Below, one piece after another: positions 39,633 to 51,620 of a stretch of 64,000 nt of DNA. The position numbers were made by a program, and so were the translations under genes. Under the pieces are notes generated by a model, which was not told the DNA's origin, searched no databases, and was given only the letters and a program-made list of their open reading frames with translations. The DNA lies in contig CM068756.1 of assembly GCA_035084275.1 (NCBI GenBank), positions 1,054,001 to 1,118,000 on the forward strand, in the 5' to 3' direction. Position 1 is the first letter of the stretch. Each line of letters begins with the position of its first letter. The stretch is from Hydrolagus colliei. Its lineage: Eukaryota.

Positions 39633-42600
39633 CTAAGATTAAATTGACACAATTACAATGAGCCACAATCTTACCTTCTTCAATGAGACAGGCATTAATT
39701 TTTGATTGTCTACCATTCTATACTTCGAAATTGTAAAACATGTTAGCAAATATCTTTTCACTGTTTCATATATTGAGGCTTTAATGTTTCACATTAATAA
39801 ACTCATTATGGAATAGAATTTATGGCAATAAAAATTGCCAGAATTAATTTTTAAAATCATATTACAGAAGTGAAAGACAAACAAAATTTAGAACAAGCAT
39901 TATTTTAATACCATAATTGGAATGGTTAATAAATGTAGTAAAAATTATTGTCGTTGCCCCAAAATGTAACATTGCTGGATTGATGGGTAGTTGCTGCAGT
40001 CCCAATCATTTCCCTGCAATGTACAGATAAGACTTATTCGGTAAATAAAAGGAATACTTTAATAACAAAAAAAATGAATTCCATAAACAGACTTCCTCTC
40101 GCTGAGATTAAATTTCTTTGCACATGAGCTATAAATGGATCCAATGCAATGGGGGAACAATGGAAAACAGAATTTATAATGATAATACTTGAATTTATCA
40201 CATTGAAACATCTCGCAATGCTTAACAAAATGTTTTTTAGGCAAACGCCAGGCAATTTTTAACAACATCCAATGTACAATGAGAATAGTGGATAATTAAT
40301 AAGATTTTTAAGGAATAACTTGTGGATTTTATTTAGTGTGTGAGGAAATCTTAGCCAAGTGGTGGTAGTTATACCACCTGATAGGATAAATAGTAAGATT
40401 TACACAGCCATCTTGGCCCAATGTAGAATGCATTCCGGGACTGAGTCATGGAGTTTGAATAAGATTTTTGTTCCATTGCAGCATAAAATTCCAAGAGCTA
40501 ATAATATTATAAACGTTTTATTTGCTGTTAGGATTTGGAGTGTAACAGCATGTTTGAATTCCATCGGCCAAAAACTGTGCCATTTCATAACAAATCAAAA
40601 CGTTTGCCAAATCTGTTATAAAACATACCATTATTCAATTTACTCTTAAAGATTCTTGACTTGGGCACGGTGGATGGGCCAAAAGCCAATGTTTCAAAAT
40701 GTGCTCCCATCTTTATCCTGACTGTAGAGAAGGCATTTGTGTACCATTAAACAGGACTGAGTTATAAATAACAGGTGTCTGTATAATTGGAACAATAAAT
40801 AAACACTCGGCACTAGAAAAAAAAATAGTTTGTTCTTGTGCCATTGTTGGTTTAAAAGATCTTGAAAGGTTCTAAATTTGGAGTATGCAGCTCAAGAATC
40901 TTCAATGAACAATCCAGATTTGACTATTCTCATTTAATCTGCCCTGAAGCCTGTAAGAATGTTTTCATATATTGCAATTTCCTGGCACTCTCTAGCCTTT
41001 GAACAACCAATATCCTGTTGATATTTCCATGTCTGCATTTTTTTGTATTATTATTATTAACAGACCTTCAGAGTAACATCAAAATGTGCAATGGGCCACT
41101 TTCTATCAAAAATAACACAATCAATCACATTCAGTAGTACAGTCAAAACTAGGATATTGTATCCCAAAAAGTAATAATTGTGGAACATTCTTAGAAACTA
41201 TGCATCAGTGTCATGGCGTTTGATTTGCCCAGCACAAAGTCTCAAATGCCAGTATCCTATTGCTTTTGCAAGCCTAAAAAAGCTTATTTCTTTATTTTGT
41301 GATTTTGCTTCAGATTTTTGGAATCCAAACACTAGATTAATAATAATAATACTTTCATTTGCTATAGAGCCTTATCATGTCGTTGAGATCATTGATTGTG
41401 TTTTGTGTGGATGAAAAACAGCATTAGTTCCTCGTACAGAATTTAGGATTCTTTTCCCAAATCGTTTATATCTTTTGTGAGTAGGAGGTATGGTAGTCAT
41501 TATGACTCTTACAAAACCTTGAAACAAAATGTGAAGCACTCTTATTCTTTTCAGTTAAATGATTCATCCTGGGATAAAGTTAAGATCAATATAAAAGATG
41601 TACTGAAGGCGAAGGTGCCAATAAAGTTGGTCAACTGTTCAACTTAATTAATAAAGGAATCCCATTTAAGAAATACCACAAAATAGATCCCACTGTTGGA
41701 AATTCATAGCAAGTCAATTGGCATCTAAAAGAGAAATAGACGTTAAAATTTCAGGGAGGATCAGAACAATGCACCTTTCTGCTTCAGATGTTGATTGACA
41801 TGTTATGGATCTTCCTTTTTTGGGGGTCTTGTTCCGTTGAAACTGTAGTGTCAGATGACCTCAATACCTTGGTAATACAATTAACGATTTCCTTCAACAG
41901 ATAGATAATTTTGCTTCCCCAATAATCCCCAGGTAATCCAAGCAATCAGTTACAAGTGAGAATTAATGGCTTCACTGTCCAAACATTCTGGCAACATTTG
42001 TTAAAAAAAAAGGGTACTGTTATAAAGAGACTAGTGTGAAGTAGTACTGTATAAGATTTTAATCATTTGACTTTTTCAGTTCCACAATTTTATACAAAAT
42101 TATTTCAAAAATTCTGCATGATATTGTGTAAGGGTTTAACAGATCAGTGCATTAACTGAAATGTCACACCAGTTGGTGAACTATTGGCTCTCGAGTCCTT
42201 TGTTTAATTGCCTAGCATTACTCAATATATTGGCATCAGTTTCTTTTCCCTCACAATGGAAGATTTTCTAATTCTGCTGTTCTAATTGATGAGACTGCTA
42301 AGGCAACTAATTATTTTGGGCTTCAAATTAAAGGAATCTTACATAGATGTCATTCAGATTAAAAAAAAATTAAATTAATTTGCCTGTGTCTGAAAGATTT
42401 AAAAAAATGGGCAAGTTATCTTCTTTTCGCCCTGCAAATTTAGATACGTTCTTTGGAAATAAAATTGCTCAATGATTAATATTTTAGCCAGAACATTTCA
42501 AGACCAAACAATGCATTTTTAAAATCTCAATGATCATCAATTAATTTAACTATAGAATAACAACTCCACGAGTAAAAACAGAGCTAAATACATTTTATAC

Positions 42601-42669
42601 CTCAAATCAAAAATGTGCTTTATCAGATGAGGAGGGCCTTAAAGCCTGAGGCTAAAGTATATTCCTTAC

Positions 42670-42816
42670 CTGCTTTTGGGCCTCCTCATACTGATTTCTG
42701 GTTGCGAGCAGCTCCCTTTGCAGCTGCTGGAGACAGTCCTGCTTTTTCTCCAGTTCAGTTACTCCCTGTTTTCGTTCTCCTTCCAGCTGGTAAATCCTTT
42801 GCTCCTGTATGTCCAA
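42670..42816 (-). CDS. Coiled-coil gene exon (147 nt, phase 0-0): LDIQEQRIYQLEGERKQGVTELEKKQDCLQQLQRELLATRNQYEEAQKQ
   Basis: Acceptor gttgttggtag|TTG, strong donor CAG|gtaagg; 49 open codons with heptad pattern. Confidence 0.88.
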
Positions 42817-43129
42817 CTACCAACAACTACATTGAAAATTCTAGATACCAAAATGTTACTTCTATTATCGCAATGCTCGAGTAAATTTTTAAAAAAGGCA
42901 AACGAAAACATTGGCAGAATCACAAATACTTTATATTATGAGGCTGTGCTCAAGTCCTCAGGAAGCCAATATGGTGGCAGTGAGCAACAAAGCCAATACT
43001 ATTGATGTCCCTTACACTCTGGATTTAAATCAGCCTAATCCATTTAGCCCTCGCAAATACATTTCTCTCTTGTAAATCATTTTTTCCCCCAAGAAATAAA
43101 GATAGAATTGAAAAGATTTAAAATACCTC

Positions 43130-43650
43130 ACATGTTAGCCTATCCCTCTTCTCCTGTAACTGGAGGACCTCTTTACGGAGATGCAGTATTGTACCATCAC
43201 GTCGCTCGAGCTGCAAAAGAGTTTACATTTTAAGAAAGAATCCATGAATGTCAACCAATGAGCAATTAGGCAGACAAGACAAGCTATTGATCTGCTAAGA
43301 AAACCCACTGCTGCAGCCATACAGCTAAACAAGGTCCCATTTCCCCAGCTCTGCATTGAAAGGTAGCTCTTCATTACCATCTGCCCTTTATTGATCACTG
43401 TTAAGTATTGCAAAACCTGACTGAATCCACAAAAATCGAGCAGAAGGCTACAGCAAGCAAGTCAATGGCCTCTTCATTTTGACAAAAGAAATGAATGAAG
43501 CCACAAACCTCTGCTGAAAAAACTGAACATGATCCGTTGATCAATCTCACTGAGCAACAATCTCTCATAGCACTAAAGCAATACAATACAACACAAATTA
43601 ACAGGCAAGCATTAGGCTAAAGGGGTTGTATAGCTCAGACGCATGCAAAA
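43130..43650. promoter_or_regulatory. Candidate conserved non-coding element
   Basis: Unique, higher-GC block with caattag, tttattgat, tgatcaat and aattaa motifs. Conservation not tested. Confidence 0.35.
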
Positions 43651-43753
43651 CTATTCATATGGTCATTTGGGATACTGAGGTCATTACATTTATACTGCTC
43701 AATCAGCAAAATATACTTGTTAAGATGCTTAGAAATAAGCGTGTTATACAGTA

Positions 43754-43805
43754 CAAATTTACATTTATATAACGCTTTTCGCGTCAGGAGGATCCACTAA
43801 AGCAT
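43754..43805 (-). mobile_element. L2-type LINE 3' tail remnant
   Basis: caaatttacatttatataacgcttttcgcgtcaggaggatcc. Confidence 0.7.
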
Positions 43806-43966
43806 GTAAGAGAATTGGCTGGGCACCGAAATTTGGATGTCAAGTATTGGATTATTAAAAAGTACCAGTTAACTGAAGGATATCTGATAAATATTGTTTG
43901 GTTAATATTCTAGAATGTTTTTAAAACAATTATATTACGTACAGCTGCCTATAACATTCAACCCTG

Positions 43967-44273
43967 ATAATAATAATTGTTGCATTTGATGAAGTGCATT
44001 TCACGTCTTCTAGACGTCCTCAAAGCGCTTCACAGAATATACTGTAAAGTGAATTGACTGTATATTTGTGGGTGAAATGCAGCAGCCAGTTGAGCACAGC
44101 AATGTCCCACAAACAGTCATGGATTGAAATGACCAATTTATTATTGTTGTGAGGGATTATTGTTAGGCGTGTAGAGTAAGGAAACTTGCACAAGGGTTTG
44201 CCCTGGCTGGATTTGAACCCAGGTCTCTCGTTTGTGAGTGGAGTGCTCTAACCACTGAGCTCCATCGTACTCC
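43967..44273 (-). mobile_element. Full-length tRNA/Deu-domain SINE
   Basis: Reverse complement of the 30552-30885 family: gctcagtggttagagcact...gggttcaaatcc...ctggctgctgc...(TTA)n. Confidence 0.92.
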
Positions 44274-44389
44274 ATAGTGCACCTTCTATGAATATACAAG
44301 GCTGTAGTTTGTTGCTTGTTGCCCCAAATGTGAAATTGTTTGCTATGAAACAAAATAGTATATTAAACCTAAAAGCAGTTCTCTGATGA

Positions 44390-44630
44390 GTCTTCTGGGT
44401 AAAGACTGGTCTGCGTAGCACTAAATTCAAAGGGTTTCAGGTTCACGTTCCCAGTTTGCTGAGGGCAGCCTGAGCAATAAAACCTCAGCCCTGCCTGCCA
44501 TCCCTGGGTTACACAAAAGAATCTGCCAGAATTTCCCAATCGATCTGCGGTGTCCCCTGATGGAAATTCCGTATGCGTGAGCATTGGCTAAGAACAGGAT
44601 CGGGCTTAACTGTAATGCCGTCCATGATTA
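44390..44630 (+). mobile_element. Possible ancient interspersed repeat (old SINE-like family)
   Basis: aaaagaatctgccag...gtgtcccctgatggaa...aacaggatcgggcttaactgtaatgcc resembles, from memory, an old repeat common in chondrichthyan genomes; degenerate B-box-like caggttcacgttccc. Confidence 0.4.
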
Positions 44631-44825
44631 AATTATCTGTCAACACTCATTGTCTAACCATCACACATCTGGGAGCAGGAGAACAAAAACCCAAACAAAT
44701 GAAAAACAGGTGCTTCCAACTTTCAGTGCCAAAATTTCCAAAGTAGTGGGAACAGAATGTACATATGAGCACCACAAATCAACAAATTAATTAAATTGTT
44801 AATTTAATCAAATAGACAACAATAC

Positions 44826-44918
44826 GTCCTGTAGCTCAGTGGTTAGAGCAGTCGCTTTACAAGCGAGAGACCTAAGTTTCTAAAGTGCTATATCAAATGC
44901 AAGGATTATTATTATTAT
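44826..44918 (+). mobile_element. Internally deleted SINE (tRNA head joined directly to terminal tail)
   Basis: gtagctcagtggttagagcagtcgctttacaagcgagagacc followed within ~10 nt by aaagtgctatatcaaatgcaaggattattatt. Confidence 0.85.
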
Positions 44919-46450
44919 AATGACAACTTACATTTACATTGCACTCTTCAAGCGGAGCAGCACTGAAAGAGCATAAAATTAAAGACAAGCTGACATCTGA
45001 AATGTGGGATGAAATTGTACACTTTGGGAACTACTGTACCTGGAAAAGTCAGACAAGTGAACCTTATAATCTTAGTGAAGTGGTTTTAGATTGGGGCAGT
45101 AGTCCCAGAGGTCGTATGAAAAGCTAATCAATAAGACTTTTGGTGGGCAGCTGCTTAAAACAAGTAAAAACTACAGTATTAAGACCTGATGCACAATTGC
45201 CAGTGGAGAAGATTCTTTCAAACTGTAAAAGCAATGACTCAGGAGGCGTATTATTTAGGGATCGTGGGCAATCTGTAGCAAACTGACATAAATTACCTTT
45301 TTAGCCTAAAATCGCAATGACTCTGCAGTAATACCGATAGTCATTATTATTACAAGACACTTTACCAGACTGGTTTAAAGTTTGCTACTTCGTTTTTCCA
45401 TTAGCAGTTACTTTTATTTTTCCATTTAAAGGTGTAACAATTTGTTAAAGGAGGTTTTCCCTTGCCCAACATTTTAGAACCAGTCAACAGTGATCATCTT
45501 AAGGAGGAAAAATTAGCAAATTCTTATATCATTTTCTGTGATCCCCTCACACTAGGAAAAACATACTTCCCTTGCCCAATATATTCAGAATAGGACACTT
45601 GCATTTTTTTGTGCATTGATTGGAAATCTAGTGTCAACACCTCAGAGAAATATTTGAGAACAAACTGAGACAATGCTACGAGACTGTATCTCACTCAAGG
45701 GAAACAGATATCATAAAGTGAAAGAGCAAAGATCAAGTAGTTTTATAGCCCTTGAACCAAGCCACTGTGTTATATATATTTTTAACAAGATCCCAGCTGT
45801 TTTTACACAACTGATTTTTTTTTGTTTTCTTCCTTACTTTATATATAACCCAGCTGTTAAGGCTTTCAGGGTTAGCAATTTATAAATTCTGACACTATTG
45901 CCACATACCCAATATGCTGCTTTTCATTCTGCTAAAAAAAATCTTTGCTTCACATAATAGGGTTGCAGTGGGGGTGATAATGGCAAGACCTGACACAGAA
46001 TTTGATGCTGCACACCATAATATCCATTTGAAATTGATCGAAAATAAAGTTTCACGTCAAGAAAATAAGTGACTTCTTCTGAGATTCCCATCAATAAATG
46101 CTAATCTACTCAGTGCAGTGGAGTTTAGTTTTAGAAAAATTGCTGCACATACTGGATAGTTTCTTTTTGCTTTATTTCATTACTGGAATTCTGAAGGGAT
46201 TAACCTGGTTCCCATAGATAACTCTTTCTGTATTGTCCAAAATGGGTATTGTTCAATGGACCGAACCGTAACCCTCTCCCCCCACACCACCCTCCCACCC
46301 CACCCCACCCACCCCCACCCTCTCTCCCCACCACCCTTCAAAAAAACTTTTTGATATGTACATTGGTTCTCAAATGCTGGGATTGACATATAAGTGTTCT
46401 CATCCTCCCATTGTAAAACCTAGCTCTGCAACAATGTCTGTGAATTTTAC

Positions 46451-46525
46451 CTCAACCTTCAGTAGATTGTTGGATCGGAATGACTGAACCTGGCTTTCTT
46501 GAAGGGCTTTGTGGGGGCTCCCAAA
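46451..46525 (-). CDS. Candidate (uncertain) 75-nt phase 0-0 exon: FGSPHKALQESQVQSFRSNNLLKVE
   Basis: Good acceptor ttttattttcacag|TTT and donor GAG|gtaaaa, frame-preserving. However, it is not coiled-coil-like and not a heptad multiple. Confidence 0.35.
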
Positions 46526-47974
46526 CTGTGAAAATAAAATAGCAAGTTCAGAAACATTTTTGTAAACTTCATGGGGATTAACATGGTTTACGTGAGTCAC
46601 AATTACGTCTTCTTTCCATAAAGTTGCACAGAAGATAACGAATAATATGTTGTGGAATCATCAAGAATGTTCAATCTGTACCATGCAAATTTGGCGTTGA
46701 TTTTCTTATGTTCAAAAATTACAGGAGATACCTTGAATTGAGGATTTGTATTAGTTATGGTCAAAGAGATTTGCTCAATCTCAACCTCTGAGTTAAAAGT
46801 GAATTTGAGTAATAAAACAAATAAAACTATCCAATATCAAACACAGCAATTGTATCTAAAACAAAGTGAATATCTTGAAAACCACCATCAAGCTGTAAAA
46901 GAAAAGACAAGGTTGTTTTTAATCCCTCCCCATCAAACTGAACTTTTGATGTTGACGTTGGATGACGTTGGATAAATAGCCAGTTTCCTTGGCAGAAGAT
47001 TGTTCAAATAGATTTGGTCCTGCATTGTTCATAAAGAAATCTTATAAAACCGATTTATTTGGGTACCAAAGATATCTTCTGAATGCAGTAAAACATCTGC
47101 TTTGCTTAAATATATTTACCTTAATTCATCACAGTAGATACCATTCTCATCATAGAGAATTCTGCCTCAAAACGTAAGGCGTGCTAACCTTCATCGACGC
47201 GTAATGACACTACAGAACTGAATGAAAAGTCTTAAACTGGTGTATATGGGTATCAAAACAATTACTGAGAGGCATCTTGACCATCTCAGTTAGACAATCA
47301 AATCCTGTTAAGATATAGGTACAACTTAGGTGTGGTATGGCCTGTGTGAATATGGAATGAAATATACTTTATCACACAATTCAACTTTTAAAATGTGCCA
47401 TTTGTTGCTCATCAGGTATTAACAAAGAATGATAACTGCAGTATGATGCATAAATGTCTGACTGAATTAGCACAAAGGAACATGGGGATTGATTTCAAGA
47501 CTGCAATCGAATCTCAGGATTTAGATGATTTATGAAGTCACTCAGCTCCTCAACTAAACTACTACCTTGTAATCTCTCACAGGTATTCATTATTCTCCAT
47601 TTATGGCCAAAACTGCAACATTTTTCAATAGCAATATATAGATGTTCTCATATGCAATAGTTATAAATTTGATTCTAAAAGTCTTTTGTGGTTGTGGTTG
47701 AATTTAAACAACTTCATATACATCATTTAAAAACATTTCTTTCCAGGATTTATTTCTTCCCATTATGCCACTTGCCAGCAAACCAAACTGTTAAGACTTT
47801 GGCTTGCGGAGTTAACAAGAGCTAAAGAATCCTTGCCCCCATTATCTGGTTAGTCCCTCCAAGTATTATCAATGAGCCAGGCTGGGTGGGCTGTCATCAA
47901 CAGTGCCTTGGCGTACAGCAGACTCATCTGGCTCAGGAATTGGCCGACCAAGAGGGCGGACTAGATTCTGACTT

Positions 47975-48118
47975 CATGCTGTTTGTGGGATTGCTGTGTG
48001 CAAACTGGCTGCCACATTTTCGCCCACAAAATACACAGTACTGTATATCATGTGAAGCGCTTTGAGATGTCTCAACAACCTGATGAGATGCTTTATCAAT
48101 TGCAATAATTATTATTAT
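47975..48118 (+). mobile_element. 3' half of Deu-domain SINE
   Basis: tgtttgtgggattgctgtgtgcaaactggctgccac...tgtgaagcgctttgagatgtc...tattattat. Confidence 0.85.
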
Positions 48119-51100
48119 AATAAAGAAGAATCAATCTAATGTTACTAGATCATACTTTAACTTCCATTTATTGAAATAAGAGTTCGGGTATCAACTGAAA
48201 ATAATAATTATTTTCTTTCCAGTTTTGACCAATAGATATAAATCTCTACAATTCAAATAGAATATAGTAATTTCTCTACTCATTTAAAAATGGAAGAGCT
48301 GTTGCGATTCCTTTGAGAGTCAAACTGCTTGGGTTTCAAAGAGTATAACAGAGCACAATTGATTGTTGTCTGAAGCTTCCAGACTATAACAATCAATCTC
48401 ACACTCAGTCACGTTTATAGAACTAAACAAGTTGTTTCTGCAGTACAATGCAAATATTATGGTAAGATGAAAGTCCCAAGCAAAAATAATAGAGAGAAAT
48501 AATACAATTATTTAATACCTATTTTTAGCATTAATAAAGGCAAACATTACCACTGTAGTAAACATCTCTTTTGAATTGGTAAAGTATTTTCCACCTACAT
48601 ACTGAAAACAGACATTGAGGGTGTTTCAATGAAAACATGGCCTGATAGGTTTTAAGGAGATATCTTAATATTTACACCAGCCTGTCCATTGCAGAAGTAG
48701 AATATTTTAATTTAACTCGTGAATGGTTATAAAAATGACAAATGATCCATTTAATGAATGTTAAAACTCCAAGAACACAATACCTGCATTACTTTTACAA
48801 ATCAATGATGCTAAAAACAAAGGACAGCACAAACACAAAACACAGTGCATGTGCAGTATCCATTTTCAAAGTCCTGCTGTACATTGTCTATTTCTAACAG
48901 TACCTGCAAAAGCACTGATGCAGTGAACAAGACCCAGGTGGCTTATAGATCATTTACCTTTAATTACTATCTATGTAGTGTCCTGAGGCTATGGTCTGCA
49001 GCAAATCAATAGTACAGCAGCTACGATTAGAGCCCTGTGCTGATTGCTGAATCCACCTTCACACACACAACATGCATTTGTGCTAAGTGAGGCATTCAAA
49101 CCTCCTTCACTGGTAAATGTTTATACCCCATTTCAATGCATCTAAATTTGGCAGAGCTTAATTATTCATAAGTGCTGCTGCAGCAGTGTTATTTTTAAAT
49201 TAAAATGAAAGAGAGGCATCTAGGACTTTCAGGTCAGCCGTGGTTATGTAAAGCTAACATTGCGCATCCTCATATAAAATGCTGATGTCAAGTCACTGCA
49301 CACATCTCTCTTACTCTCCTGTGATCAAAGACGATTGCTGAGGCAATTACCAAGAAAAATCACCACATCATTTCATTTCTCCGCTGCCTATCTTTAATTG
49401 CTTAATGCAGCTTTCACTGTCGCCATCTTCTTTGGTCTGTGTCTCTGCCTTGCCCTAAACCACGTATAAGAATAATTAAAATTAAGCTTACATATGAAAC
49501 CCATGAAATGAATAAGCCGGAAAATAATTTTTCCTCACTGCAATTTGACCAGTGTGTTCTGTTAAGAGCTAATTTCAAGACTGCAAAACCATCATAAAAA
49601 TGGAAAATGCTGAACAACAGAATCAGCAGGAAACTGGACATTTTTGTGCTGCAGTGGTCGTATGACTAAATTAATGCAAAAGACAGACATGCACTACAGA
49701 GCATAGTCGAGTGGAGGGGTGGTGGGATGGGGGTGGGGGGGGTGGGGGTGGGTGGGAGGAGAAGAAGGAGAAGAGAAGAGAGCGTTGTTATATCTATCGT
49801 TGGCAATTTAGAGATTCAGACATTTCATCTGTGATTCCATCATCTGTCAAATTTAAAAGCAGCAGCAGAAGCAGCAGTCAGAATTCTTCCCACTGAAACA
49901 ATCTCATACAGCAAAGCTCATAACATAAAGTCACAGGATTGCAAAATTAATAAAAACTAGACTTTGTTGTAAAAATTATAATTTTTAAGAGATAAAGCAT
50001 CACAACAGGGGTTTAGCTGAAATTATGTATTGTTTTGCAGTTGAGCGATCAAAATGTAGCATCGATGCTCCAAATCATTTTTTGTTCTTACCCTGAAACT
50101 TTGCACCACCAGTGAAAGCAAGTTGTTTACGATTAGCATCATGACTGACATAAATTATCGCAGGGATTTTTAGAGGCTGTCAACATTCTCTTATGAATCA
50201 CAACAAAGTGCAGTCATTTAACAAGAAAATCAGGAGCACAATGGATGTGGTTTGCTGATCTTTATTTTGTAATGATGTAGTAGGTATTTAAGATATTTTC
50301 TTTCTGATTTATGCTACATTTTAAAGCAACAAATAACTACACAAATCTCTCTCAAAAACAGGCATCACAATGTCCTTGATATTAGCGCAATTTCTATTTA
50401 AATTTAAGGATAATAATGGATTTTCAGCTTTCAACAATGCCGCCCACTAAAACAATATTACACAAAATTATTTTCTTCCGTGTTAGAATATTGACGAAGA
50501 TTATTTTGTAGCAGCTGGATGAAATCCAGACTAGTGTTCTGCAAAGTGTTGCACAGTACTGAATAACAATTCCTACATAAGGGTTAAAATAAATGTATTC
50601 AGACTCAGCTTTAGTGAAGAAATCAACCATTATATCTACATGCCCTTAAAAACTGAGTGTAGTGTATAGATTTAATTTTAAAATAAACTGCATTGGGATG
50701 TTTGAAAAGACTGGTGCAGTTTAATAAACTAGCTCCACCATCAATGGTTTATGACAGGTTTGATTGATTGACTGTCCAGGGCAGGATAAAATGGATAGAA
50801 GCTATTTCTTTCACCAGCATGCAATGCCTGGGTTTAAATGCATTAGCAAGGTCTTATGTACAAGTTAAATAACATCCAAAATATATATTTCATTAGGCTA
50901 AGTTCCAGCAGAGTAATGCCATTACCTTTTCTTTTAATCATTAATAAGCTAGAGATAAAGCTATGTTTTAAATGAATGATCAAATAAACAATGCAATTAT
51001 GATTCTCAAGTATTTTGCCGAAAATCACAAGTGTAAGGGTTAACATAAATATAGTTAGCCATCAGCTTTACTGCTGAAATCAAACACATCTATATACAGT

Positions 51101-51236
51101 ATACTGTACATTGCAAATATATCTTTACAGAATATTAGATTTTTTTTTAAAAAAATCAATTGGGAGACTTTTCATAGATTCAGTTGCACGATCCAAGTCA
51201 TTTATACAAAATGACCACACAGACTACCAGCAACCA

Positions 51237-51620
51237 GCCTGGCTCAGTTGGAGGCATTCTCTTTGGGTCAGAAAGTTGTGGGGTTCAAGCCCTGCACTGA
51301 TTGGGGCTTGAGCTCATAGTATAGGCTGAAACTCTGGTGCAATTCTGAGATTATGTCTGACTATTCAGGTGAATGTTAAAAGATCCCATGGCACTATTTA
51401 TAAAGAGAAAAGTTTCTCCCAGTGCCCTCGTCAGAAATCCCAGTTACAATTTGTCATTCATTCCATGTTTGGGGGACATTAATTTGTGCAAATTGGCTGC
51501 TGTATTTCCCTAAAAATATACATACATACAGCCATTACACTTTATGCTAAATTCTCTAAAGCATTTCGAGCTGTTTCAATGCTGTGATCAAGTCCTGTGT
51601 TGCAAGGATTCTTATTATTA
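51237..51620 (+). mobile_element. Older tRNA/Deu-domain SINE (SacSINE1-like)
   Basis: Head tggctcagttgg...gggttcaagccc; body aaaagatcccatggcactattt; core tgtgcaaattggctgctg; tail gcaaggattcttatta. Confidence 0.8.
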
